From the IMG/VR virus record IMGVR_UViG_3300037722_000563, positions 1 to 62,810 of that record: a DNA stretch of 62,810 bases, one strand, 5' to 3'. The position numbers were made by a program, and so were the translations under genes. Source of the DNA: a virus (Duplodnaviria; Caudoviricetes). Positions within the stretch are counted from its first letter, which is position 1. The number at the start of each line of letters is the position of its first letter. Under the pieces are notes generated by a model that saw nothing but the letters and a program-made list of their open reading frames with translations, did not search any database and was not told where the DNA came from. Below, piece by piece: positions 18,380-27,659 of this stretch.

Positions 18380-18664
18380 ATGGCTGAAGCATTATTTTTG
18401 GTACGTCGTACATCACAAGGTGTAAATGACGACAGAAACAGAGTCCGTGAGGTCCTAGTAAATAATGATGATGGTGACGCAGATGCCGTTATCATGCAAA
18501 ATGTTGTTGATCTATTGAACGTAGCACACCCGGCAGGCGGTGAGGCTGTTTATCCGGTAGGTTACTTCGATACTGTTGAAGTGGTAGCAGTTTCATCTGG
18601 TCCGCTATCTACAGATGGCGATTTTATCGCGTATTCACCTCGCGTAGCGGCTGTGGTAACTTAA
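18380..18664 (+). CDS. Small structural/hypothetical protein
   Basis: AAGGAG RBS. Confidence 0.55.
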   Translation: MAEALFLVRRTSQGVNDDRNRVREVLVNNDDGDADAVIMQNVVDLLNVAHPAGGEAVYPVGYFDTVEVVAVSSGPLSTDGDFIAYSPRVAAVVT

Positions 18665-18681
18665 TCTAAGGAGATTATACA

Positions 18682-18873
18682 ATGGCTGGTGGAGCATATG
18701 GTACTGTTGTGAATTCTGGTCGGGCGCATATGGCGTCCGGCAAGATGTCCCGTCGTGGCCCCGGAAAGCACAAGATTCAGTCCTCGCGCGTTTCTAAGCC
18801 TAATCCTGCTGGTGAGGTGCGCTCTATGGCTGGGTCTATAAAAGGCCCTGATAAGGGAGCAGGCGGTCGGTAA
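18682..18873 (+). CDS. Small basic Gly/Arg-rich protein
   Basis: AAGGAG RBS; 63 aa. Confidence 0.55.
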   Translation: MAGGAYGTVVNSGRAHMASGKMSRRGPGKHKIQSSRVSKPNPAGEVRSMAGSIKGPDKGAGGR

Positions 18874-18892
18874 CGGCTCCTGATCGGGAGTT

Positions 18893-19534
18893 ATGCCAAC
18901 CATTATTGCCACTCCAAGTGCAGATAATGCGAATGCTTATGCTGACCTCGCTTTCGTTGATACACATCATTTAGATCGCGGTAATACAGCCTGGGCTACT
19001 TTTATTCAGGCTGACCGCGAATCTGCTATAATTCGTGCAACCGATTACATAGACAAGCGATTTGGTAAGAAATTTCGTGGTATTCGACAAACAAAAGGTC
19101 AGTCACTTGAATGGCCTCGTCTAGACGCATTTGACGACGACGGATATCTACTTTCCGGCGTTGATGAAATCCCTCGTAATTTGCAAAAAGCCTCAGCAGA
19201 GTACGCATTGCGTGCTTTGATATACATGACATTGGCTCCAGACCCATCATTGCCCGTTCCCGCACAGGATATGACCGATCCAACATTCACACGTGAAACT
19301 GATGTGATTACAGGAGAGGTTACTCGTAAAAGAGATAAGGTTGGGCCTCTTGAGGAGGAGCGTTGGTACGAGACTCGTGCCCAGGTTATTGCCCGTAGAT
19401 TAGCCGCTGGTAGTCGATCACTTCAGTCTACATTACTTAATGACTTCAATATCCCCGAGTATCCCGAAGCTGATCTATGGATAGAGGAGTTGATTCGGTC
19501 TTCTATGAATATTCGGCTGGCAAGAGGCGATTAG
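18893..19534 (+). CDS. Head-tail adaptor (DnaT-like family)
   Basis: ANAYAD..AIIRATDYID..QSLEWPR..IP..LQKASAEYA. Confidence 0.75.
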   Translation: MPTIIATPSADNANAYADLAFVDTHHLDRGNTAWATFIQADRESAIIRATDYIDKRFGKKFRGIRQTKGQSLEWPRLDAFDDDGYLLSGVDEIPRNLQKASAEYALRALIYMTLAPDPSLPVPAQDMTDPTFTRETDVITGEVTRKRDKVGPLEEERWYETRAQVIARRLAAGSRSLQSTLLNDFNIPEYPEADLWIEELIRSSMNIRLARGD

Positions 19535-19537
19535 CTA

Positions 19538-19930
19538 ATGGCCCTTAACTACCCACAATTTCAACTTCTGGCAGAACGTCTTATAAACGAGAATGGCAGG
19601 TCCTTGGTTCTTATACGAAAAGATCAGGGTAACCCTGTTGATCCGTTAAAGCCATGGCGATCAAGTGACGATACGGACGAAATATCTTTTTCGGTGGTGG
19701 GGGTTTTCATAGACTTTGATAAGGAAGATGTTGACGGCACTATAGTAAAACGAGGGGATAAACGAGTTCTTATATCAGCCAAGGATATAGACGATGAGGC
19801 GCCAGCTAACCCCAATATAGAAGATTACGACATTATAACGGATGGTTCTATAAATTGGCGAATAATGAATTCAAACATTATAGAGCCGGGAAATCTACGT
19901 ATAATGTACGATTTACATGCGAGACATTAG
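19538..19930 (+). CDS. Head closure/stopper protein
   Basis: Position; DGTIVKRGDKRVL motif. Confidence 0.65.
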   Translation: MALNYPQFQLLAERLINENGRSLVLIRKDQGNPVDPLKPWRSSDDTDEISFSVVGVFIDFDKEDVDGTIVKRGDKRVLISAKDIDDEAPANPNIEDYDIITDGSINWRIMNSNIIEPGNLRIMYDLHARH

Positions 19931-19933
19931 TAC

Positions 19934-20374
19934 ATGCCCATTGATACTATTCAAGAGGCTAGGGATGAGATTTTAGAGCATTTCACCACTGCGTGGAATG
20001 CCCAGGCGAGCCCCCCTATTTTACTGTATGATGACAAGCCCAGGGATTTGCCTAACACAGCATCTTATGCTAGGGTGACTGTACAACATGGCTTTTTTAG
20101 CCAAAAGACGATTGGGGGCAAGAAGGCCCTAGGCGGATGCGGCCAGAGATTTAGACGTACTGGTGTTGTAACTGTCCAGATTTTCACACCTTTTGGCGAT
20201 GGTTTGACAATTGCTGATCCTCTGATAGACTTAGTTCTGGACACTTTTGAAGGAGAAAGTACTGGTTCGGACAGGATCGAGTTCCGCAATGTGACCGCAA
20301 ATGAGGTTGGTAATGACGGTACATGGTACCAGACAAACATCGTTGCTGACTTCGATTATGACCGAATTAAGTAA
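19934..20374 (+). CDS. Tail terminator protein
   Basis: GVVTVQIFTP..G, WYQTNI; precedes tail tube. Confidence 0.7.
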   Translation: MPIDTIQEARDEILEHFTTAWNAQASPPILLYDDKPRDLPNTASYARVTVQHGFFSQKTIGGKKALGGCGQRFRRTGVVTVQIFTPFGDGLTIADPLIDLVLDTFEGESTGSDRIEFRNVTANEVGNDGTWYQTNIVADFDYDRIK

Positions 20375-20391
20375 GACGGAGGACAACTTAC

Positions 20392-22272
20392 ATGGTATGC
20401 GTATCCCAAAAGATTGATTCTAATGTTACCGGCCTTCGGTACCAGGAAGAGGAATGTATTGGTGAGCCCAATACAGCCAATCCGTGGGTTCCGATGGAGC
20501 CAAACAGCTACGATAACTTTGGTGGTGAATTCACTACGGTTGCCCGTAATCCTATTAATGCAAGCCGTCAACGCCAAAAGGGTGTTCTGGTGGATTTGGA
20601 CGCGGCTGGAGGCCTTCAGTCTGATTTGACCCAGGATAACCTTCAGGACATACTTCAGGGGTTTTTCTTTGCGGACTTACGGCGTAAGGCTGATGTTGGT
20701 TTTGACAGGCAACCTCGACGTGCGGGTAACTTCGGCCAGTACGAAGACTACCTTATCACTGATATAGACACAACCGCTGATACTATAACGGTAGATAGCC
20801 GAGTGGCTGTATCCGCTGCGGTTGTGGTGGGGGGCACGGGTTATGCAGTGGGTGATGTTGTTCAAGTAACGGATGCTAATGCCACAGTGAACGCTAGGTT
20901 TATTGTAACCGGTGTAACTGGCGGTGTAGTTGATACAGTTGCTTTGGTGCTAACCGGATTTACCGGTGGACTAGAAGGTCGTACTCACACGGATACTGGT
21001 GTGGGCGCTGCTACAACTGTGATAAGTGGTAGTGGTGATGCCGCACTGACGTTAACATTAACATATGGAAACGGCATTACTTGGCAGGCTGGCAATCTAC
21101 TGTGGCTTGCTGGCAATAACGATGCTGCTAATGATGGTTTGAAGTCTGTTGCTTCGGTATCAGATAACGAGATTACTACTAATGAGAACCTAGTTACCGA
21201 TGCTACACCGGCTGCCACTGCAACCATGAGCACTGTTGGTGTTCAGGCTACAGGTGGAGACTTGGATGTAGATGCAGCCGGTGTTCTTCCCGCACTTACT
21301 AGCACCACTCTTAACTTCATGACATTGGGTCTAATTCCTGGTGAATGGATTTTCATAGGTGGTGACCTAGCTGCCGAGGCATTTACTAATGTAGATGGTC
21401 TAGGCAACGAAGTAAATAACGGCCTCGTACGTATTTTCTCTATTGCGGCTAATCGTCTAGAATTTGATAAGACAACTTATACTATGACAACTGAAGCCTC
21501 TACAACTGAGACGGTTCGACTTTGGTTCGGTCGTGTTCTAAAGAATGAGGCTGATCCTACTTTGCAAATTCGTCGCACCTATCAGTTGGAGCGTACGCTT
21601 GGCACGCCGGACGTAACCCTGCCTAACGAAATTCAGGCAGAGTACCTTACTGGTTGGACACCGAATGAAATAACGTTTAATTTTGCTACTGCTGATAAGA
21701 TCACAGTGGATTTGAGCGGTATTGCTACAGATGTTGATACCGTAGATGGTCCTACCCCGCTAAAGGCGGGTTCTCGTCCAGACTTAGTATCCGGTGATGC
21801 CTTCAACACTTCAAATGATATAGCTCGGTTGAAGCTATCGGTTCTTGATCGTACCCTAGGGTCTTCACCTTCAGCCTTGTTTGCTTTCTTAACTGAGTTC
21901 ACAGTGAACATCAACAATAACATAAGTCCAAACAAGGCTATCTCAGTACTTGGTGCTTTTGATGTTACTGCTGGCCAGTTCAATGTAGAAGGCGCAATGA
22001 CTGCATACTTTGCAAATATTGCGGCTGTATCATCTATTCGTAATAACGATGATATTACACTTGATTTTGCCATGGTGAAGGGGGCTACAGGCCAGAAGGT
22101 TGGTGTTCTGGGTGATATTCCTCTGATCACTTTGGGTGACGGACGGCTTAATGTCGAACAAGATTCTGCCATCACTTTGCCATTGAACATCCCTGCCGGT
22201 GCAGATAGAGTATTCAACCATACGGCTTTGATGGTTTTCTTTGATCATTTACCAAATCGCGCTGATGCATAA
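20392..22272 (+). CDS. Major tail tube protein with inserted domains
   Basis: KIDSNVTGLRY, ARNPINASRQRQKG; precedes chaperones and TMP. Confidence 0.8.
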   Translation: MVCVSQKIDSNVTGLRYQEEECIGEPNTANPWVPMEPNSYDNFGGEFTTVARNPINASRQRQKGVLVDLDAAGGLQSDLTQDNLQDILQGFFFADLRRKADVGFDRQPRRAGNFGQYEDYLITDIDTTADTITVDSRVAVSAAVVVGGTGYAVGDVVQVTDANATVNARFIVTGVTGGVVDTVALVLTGFTGGLEGRTHTDTGVGAATTVISGSGDAALTLTLTYGNGITWQAGNLLWLAGNNDAANDGLKSVASVSDNEITTNENLVTDATPAATATMSTVGVQATGGDLDVDAAGVLPALTSTTLNFMTLGLIPGEWIFIGGDLAAEAFTNVDGLGNEVNNGLVRIFSIAANRLEFDKTTYTMTTEASTTETVRLWFGRVLKNEADPTLQIRRTYQLERTLGTPDVTLPNEIQAEYLTGWTPNEITFNFATADKITVDLSGIATDVDTVDGPTPLKAGSRPDLVSGDAFNTSNDIARLKLSVLDRTLGSSPSALFAFLTEFTVNINNNISPNKAISVLGAFDVTAGQFNVEGAMTAYFANIAAVSSIRNNDDITLDFAMVKGATGQKVGVLGDIPLITLGDGRLNVEQDSAITLPLNIPAGADRVFNHTALMVFFDHLPNRADA

Positions 22273-22485
22273 TGGATAGGGGAGAACAACTTCCCGTTCC
22301 ATTTTTCTTTCTAAGTGCATGCTGGTAATGTTTATAGCTGTACATATATCCCCTCGCTTCTTATAGAACAACCTTTGTTCATAATAGAGTAAGATTCTGG
22401 TCCCTTATCGGCTAGGACTGGAATGACTCGCTGAAAAGCGGGTGAGATACCTTTGCCGAATAAATCAAACAAGGAGATGTGACCG

Positions 22486-22893
22486 ATGACAGATATGTAT
22501 GCAATGTTCGAGACTGATAAAACTATAGAGAAGGCTGGTTTCTGGTATGCTTTTAGTAAAAGTACTCGTTACCTATTGGCACGTGCTGGCGGATCAAACA
22601 TACGTTTCGCCAAGGTATTAGAAGCTAAAACTCGTCCACATCGTCGTCAGCTTGACGATAACAGTATGGACACTGATTTAGCAAATAGCCTGCTGATAGA
22701 AGCTTTTGTTGATGCAGTATTACTAGATTGGGAAGGTGTTACAGGCAAAGACAGACAACCTTTAGAGTATAGCAAGGCGAATGCCGTAAAGCTACTTACA
22801 GACTTGCCTGATTTGTTTACAGAACTTCGTACTGAGGCTACTCGCTTAGCAAACTTTCTGGTTAAACAAGTTGAGGATGACTCGGGAAACTAA
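22486..22893 (+). CDS. Tail assembly chaperone (gpG-like)
   Basis: LARAGGSN, VLLDWEGV, LLTDLPDLF; ends in slippery site. Confidence 0.8.
   Translation: MTDMYAMFETDKTIEKAGFWYAFSKSTRYLLARAGGSNIRFAKVLEAKTRPHRRQLDDNSMDTDLANSLLIEAFVDAVLLDWEGVTGKDRQPLEYSKANAVKLLTDLPDLFTELRTEATRLANFLVKQVEDDSGN
22884..22890 (+). promoter_or_regulatory. -1 programmed ribosomal frameshift site G GGA AAC
   Basis: X XXY YYZ heptamer in frame just before TAA; the -1 frame runs open into 22905-23309. Confidence 0.85.
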
Positions 22894-22904
22894 TAGCTGT
22901 CCTG

Positions 22905-23309
22905 TTGTATGAGTTACAGCAGGGCGCTAACGAGGCGAAGATCGTAGAGCAGGCTAAGAAGCTAAGAATGCCTCTTCCTGAAAAAATAGCAAATAAGCCT
23001 AAGTTACATATTGGCTTAGATATATACTGGCGTGCTTTTTGGGAGTGTTCTACGGACAGAGGCATAGGCATGGCTGAAGGCCCGATACCTTGGTCTGTTA
23101 TGGATCGGTGGGCACTTCGTTACGGAATCGAAGGAGATGATTTTGATCGTTTCGTACTCTTGCTTAAGGCTATGGACTTAGCGTATATTGAGGAGCGCAC
23201 AAAATCCAATAAGAAACACATGGATAGAGCTATGACATCAAAAGAGAGTCTTACTAAGAGTAGTAGCGTTTCTCGTAAAGGCGCCGTTCGTACAAGGAGC
23301 AAAATGTGA
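22905..23309 (+). CDS. Tail assembly chaperone C-terminal frameshift extension (gpT-like)
   Basis: -1 frame; AFWECSTDR..GPIPWS; no good RBS of its own. Confidence 0.75.
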   Translation: MYELQQGANEAKIVEQAKKLRMPLPEKIANKPKLHIGLDIYWRAFWECSTDRGIGMAEGPIPWSVMDRWALRYGIEGDDFDRFVLLLKAMDLAYIEERTKSNKKHMDRAMTSKESLTKSSSVSRKGAVRTRSKM

Positions 23310-23755
23310 TGGCTAGCCCCTTTTCTTTATTGCCGTTGGTTTTGACGCGCCGTGAAAATCAGTTTTTTAATGGTATAAATCGTATTGCACGTGACGCGGC
23401 CCAGGCTGCTGGAAGAACCGCAGTAGAAAGTACACAGGTAGATACTGGTTTAGCAAGATCGAATTGGATTGCTACAACAGGTACACCTTCCTCATCTGTA
23501 CGGCCCCCGTATGCTCCAGGTTCAAAGCTAGGTACGGGTGAACGTGGCAACGCTATAGGGGCAGCTACACAGCATCGTATTGCCCTAGCATCGTGGAACG
23601 CAGCAAGAGGCCGAGTATTTTACATAACAAATAACGTTTCATATATCGCGCTTCTAAATTTTGGTGGACCTCGGGTGGGTCCTGGTAATATGTTAGCTTT
23701 GGCTCGGCAAGCATGGTTACTATCTATAAAAACACCACGTAGGATTCTCCGTTAA
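23306..23755 (+). CDS. HK97 gp10-like tail completion protein
   Basis: TQVDTGLARSNW, ITNNVSYIALLN. Confidence 0.75.
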   Translation: MMASPFSLLPLVLTRRENQFFNGINRIARDAAQAAGRTAVESTQVDTGLARSNWIATTGTPSSSVRPPYAPGSKLGTGERGNAIGAATQHRIALASWNAARGRVFYITNNVSYIALLNFGGPRVGPGNMLALARQAWLLSIKTPRRILR

Positions 23756-26700
23756 TGGCTACTGAGAGACTTATTCTAGATATACGAACAACCGGTACCC
23801 GACAGGTTAGCCGGAATATTGGTCTTATCAAAAAAGAGGCTCAAGGCGCTAATAGAACTCTAGCCCTTTTGCGATCTACTCTGGTTGTCGTGGCCGGTGC
23901 TCGCGTTATTACAGGCTTCCTAGAACTCTCTGATACTCTAACAAATATACGTAATAGATTGCGGTTGGTTACAACATCTACCGAGCAACTTAACGCAGTT
24001 CAGACTAAGTTGTTTCAGATTTCTCAAGAAACACGATCATCTTTCGAAGATAACGCCATATTATTCAATCGTCTTGCTCGATCTACGGACGGGCTAGGTT
24101 TGTCGTTTACCCAGCTTCTAGATATTACGCGTGGTATAAATCAAGCTATAGCTATTGCCGGTGCAACATCTCAAGAAGCACGTAATTCTCTCATTCAGTT
24201 TAGCCAGGGTCTTGCGGCTGGCGCTTTGCGAGGCGATGAACTTAGATCAGTGGTTGAGCAGTTGCCAACGTTGGCTAGTGCTATCGCAAAAGAATTTGGC
24301 AAAGTCGGATTGGATACGGCTCGTTCATTGGGTGTTACAGAGGAAGCGTTACGGGACGCACAGAAGACTACCGGTGATTTAGCGGGTGGAGCCCTAGTGG
24401 CTTTTGCTAAGGCCAATGACGGTATTCTGAAAACGCCAGGGATCATTAAAGCAATCCAAAACGCTCTTGTTGATTTTGGTAGAGACTTCTCAAAGATAGA
24501 TGTTACGGTTGGACAGGCTTTTATTAGATTTCAGAACAATCTAACCCTGTTTATTGGTGGGCTTTCAAATTCAGTAAAGCTGGGTAAGCAGGTTGACATC
24601 GTTCTTACTTTTATTGCTCAAAATCTAGACAAAATCGCAATCTCCTTAGCAGCCCTTTTAGCCATAGGCGCTTTCAATCTAATAACTAGTCAAGTACTAC
24701 GTTTAGGTGGTGCTGTACGAGGACTTCTTGGGTTTCTTACTGCCGGTTTTACTTCGATACTTAAACTGTTTGGCCTAGTATTTAGTCCGCTAATCGTTGG
24801 TGCGCGGGTAGCCGCTCAAGGTGCGTTACTACTAACCACATTTTATGCAAGTGCCGTTAGAGTAATATTTGCTCAGCTTACACTGCTGGGGGCTAGGTTT
24901 GGCTTACTACGGTTAGCGGTGGTGAATGCGTGGGGCGGTGCTATGGCCTTCATGCGAGCTACCGCTGTAGTTACATCCAGCTTTATTGTACGCGCTCTGT
25001 CCGTGATACCAGCCACTTTTGCGCTTATTGTTGGAGGAGCACGAGCCGCAACTGTCGGTATGCTCACTCTAGCCTCGGTTACCGGTGGTGCAAGTGCCGC
25101 TTTCACTGTATTGGCCGGTGCGGCTAAAGCATCTATAGGATTTCTAGCAACAGGGTTAGTTCGTATCATACCTGTAATTTTGACGGTAGGTGTCGCTGTA
25201 TTATCTGCATTGCTTCCAGGTATAGTCATTGTGGGTGCATTGGTGGCAGGATTTTTCGCCGTACGAGCGGCAGTACAAGCACTAGAGAAAACTTTCGGGG
25301 ACCTGGGTATAATCTTCAAAAAGGTTGTGGGTGGTATTTTCGGATTAGTAGACGGACTAGTAGAGTCTTTTAGTTTGCTGGATGATGCTATAGCAGATAT
25401 AGCTATAACAGCGGCTAATAATCTTATCTCTGGATTCGAACAAGGTATAAATGGAGTTATCGCATTATTAAATGCAATTCCCGGTATAGATATAACTCCA
25501 GCCGACTTGAGCCAATTTGAGAATGAGTTTGAAGGGGCAGCGATTAGGGTTAAGGACATACTAGCTCGTAACATAAATGAGGGCGTTCAAGAGGGTTTCG
25601 ACAACACAGAAACATTCAAAACACTTGAAGGAGTTTTTGACCAAATAAAGGGACTTCTTTCTGGCGGGCTACTTCCAGCAGATTTTGATGACGCTAAACT
25701 AAAAACATTGTTGGATCAGATAAGTGGTTCTACTGAAGCTGCACAAGAGTTTAACGCTGAAGCAGGTAAAGCCGCTACATCTATTAGGAATATAAGAGCG
25801 TCTGTTGACCCGGCTGCGGCAGCATTCAAAAAGATCAATAATGCTTTTGAGGCATTTTCAAAAATCAATAAGGATAGCTTTAAGGATACTGAATTTGCTC
25901 GTGAGACGCTTCGATTGCTTGCTGAAGACATACTTAATGTGAAAGATGCAGAGTTTAGGTATGCTCAGCAATTAGAAATTGTGACTGTCGCGCAAGAGAA
26001 ATTAGGACTCAGTGCAGAGAGGGCTGCGTTAGCTCGTCAACAATTTGCGCTCGAAGCAAGACAAGACCTCGATAATACGTTAAGTGGTGTATTCCCACTT
26101 ATTCGTGCTGAAGGTCAACTTCTGAAGATTGAAACCGATTTACAAAGATTGCGCGTTAATGGTGTTATTACCACAGAACAGTCTGCTGTGGCCCAACAGC
26201 GGTTGGCTCGTGAAGCTTTCGGATTAGGCCAAACGGTTGAGCAAGTTAATGAGCAAATAACAGCATTACGAATGAACCAGAAATTGTTAGGTCTATCTAC
26301 ATCTGAGTTAGAAGCAGAAGTTCGTAAGTTGGATATCGCTTTCTTGGATACGCAACGTGATGCTGGTAGTGGTATAAATCGTGCGTTCTTGAAGCTTACA
26401 GACGATGCTACTAATGCGGCTAAATTTACGGAACAAGTATTTACTGATGCGTTTAAGGCCATTGAAGACCAAGTAGTAAGTTTCGTACAGACTGGAAAGT
26501 TTTCTTTCAATGAATTTTTCCGCAGTGTGTCTGAACAACTAATTCGTTTAGGTACCCAGCAAGCTATAGCAGGTCTTGGTGGGTTCGGCACTAATCTTTT
26601 GGGCGGTCAAGGTGGTTTTGGAGGAGGGGGACCTTCCGGTAACAGTATAGCCGGTATAGGCGGGCTGGTTACAAGTGGATTGGGTAGCCTCTTTGGCTTT

Positions 26701-26958
26701 CAAAATGGCGGCAGCTTTACTGTAGGGGCCAATACTGCGGCGGCAGCTATTCCCGGTATAGACAATAGACTGATTATGTTCAGAGCTAAGGATGGTGAGG
26801 ATGTTTCGGTAACCCCAAGGGGTGGACAGGTTACAGAGGCACCTGTTAATCAGATTTTCAATATTCAGACTAAGGATGCTGATAGTTTTAGACGCTCGCA
26901 AACGCAAATCCAAAACAGAGCACTTGCAGGTATCAATCAAGCTCGTAGGAGACGATAA
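23755..26958 (+). CDS. Tape measure protein
   Basis: QFSQGLAAGALRGDELRSVVEQ motif; 1067 aa, helical. Confidence 0.9.
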   Translation: MATERLILDIRTTGTRQVSRNIGLIKKEAQGANRTLALLRSTLVVVAGARVITGFLELSDTLTNIRNRLRLVTTSTEQLNAVQTKLFQISQETRSSFEDNAILFNRLARSTDGLGLSFTQLLDITRGINQAIAIAGATSQEARNSLIQFSQGLAAGALRGDELRSVVEQLPTLASAIAKEFGKVGLDTARSLGVTEEALRDAQKTTGDLAGGALVAFAKANDGILKTPGIIKAIQNALVDFGRDFSKIDVTVGQAFIRFQNNLTLFIGGLSNSVKLGKQVDIVLTFIAQNLDKIAISLAALLAIGAFNLITSQVLRLGGAVRGLLGFLTAGFTSILKLFGLVFSPLIVGARVAAQGALLLTTFYASAVRVIFAQLTLLGARFGLLRLAVVNAWGGAMAFMRATAVVTSSFIVRALSVIPATFALIVGGARAATVGMLTLASVTGGASAAFTVLAGAAKASIGFLATGLVRIIPVILTVGVAVLSALLPGIVIVGALVAGFFAVRAAVQALEKTFGDLGIIFKKVVGGIFGLVDGLVESFSLLDDAIADIAITAANNLISGFEQGINGVIALLNAIPGIDITPADLSQFENEFEGAAIRVKDILARNINEGVQEGFDNTETFKTLEGVFDQIKGLLSGGLLPADFDDAKLKTLLDQISGSTEAAQEFNAEAGKAATSIRNIRASVDPAAAAFKKINNAFEAFSKINKDSFKDTEFARETLRLLAEDILNVKDAEFRYAQQLEIVTVAQEKLGLSAERAALARQQFALEARQDLDNTLSGVFPLIRAEGQLLKIETDLQRLRVNGVITTEQSAVAQQRLAREAFGLGQTVEQVNEQITALRMNQKLLGLSTSELEAEVRKLDIAFLDTQRDAGSGINRAFLKLTDDATNAAKFTEQVFTDAFKAIEDQVVSFVQTGKFSFNEFFRSVSEQLIRLGTQQAIAGLGGFGTNLLGGQGGFGGGGPSGNSIAGIGGLVTSGLGSLFGFQNGGSFTVGANTAAAAIPGIDNRLIMFRAKDGEDVSVTPRGGQVTEAPVNQIFNIQTKDADSFRRSQTQIQNRALAGINQARRRR

Positions 26959-27659
26959 TGGGTAGCTACCTTGTTGGCATTCGTTTGAATGAGAATATAG
27001 AACGAGGGGCATTAGGCGGTGCTCGTTTTAACACCTCTGTTTTAGAATTGGACAGTGGTTTTGAAAAACGGAATATCAATTGGTCTGTACCTCGTGGTGA
27101 GTGGGATGTTGGTTTTGGTTTGCTACTTAAGTTTCAATCGGACCCGTCTGACATGATGCTAGACTTGGATGAGTTGATCAATTTTTTCTATATAGTTCGA
27201 GGTAAGGCGTTCTCTTTTCGTTTCAAAGATTGGTCAGACTACGAAATCGGATACGAAAATGAAACAGCCATAGACCCTCAGCTTTTAGCTTTGGGTGATG
27301 GGGTGACCGCCCAATTTCAGGCATTCAAACGTTACGCATACGGATCACAAACATTTGATCGTGTGCTAACCAAGTTAGTAGACGATGGGACCTTACAAGT
27401 TTTCTTGGATGGAGTTTTACAGACGATAACTACACACTATACAGTGGATTTTGATCGAGGACTTATTACATTCCTAACTCCGCCAGCAGCAACAGGAGGA
27501 ACTGGTCCGGGTGGTGTTCAGCTAGTTAATTTTAGAGCAATGTTTGATAATCATGTTCGCTTGGACACCGATGACTTGAAAGTAAATATGGAGATATTTA
27601 ACGCGGGTTCTTGGCCAAATGTGCCGATAGTAGAACTGCGTGGCAATGGAATTGATTAA
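26958..27659 (+). CDS. Distal tail protein (DUF2460, RcGTA-like)
   Basis: SGFEKRNINW, RGKAFSFRFKDWSDY, FDNHVRLDTD. Confidence 0.85.
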   Translation: MGSYLVGIRLNENIERGALGGARFNTSVLELDSGFEKRNINWSVPRGEWDVGFGLLLKFQSDPSDMMLDLDELINFFYIVRGKAFSFRFKDWSDYEIGYENETAIDPQLLALGDGVTAQFQAFKRYAYGSQTFDRVLTKLVDDGTLQVFLDGVLQTITTHYTVDFDRGLITFLTPPAATGGTGPGGVQLVNFRAMFDNHVRLDTDDLKVNMEIFNAGSWPNVPIVELRGNGID

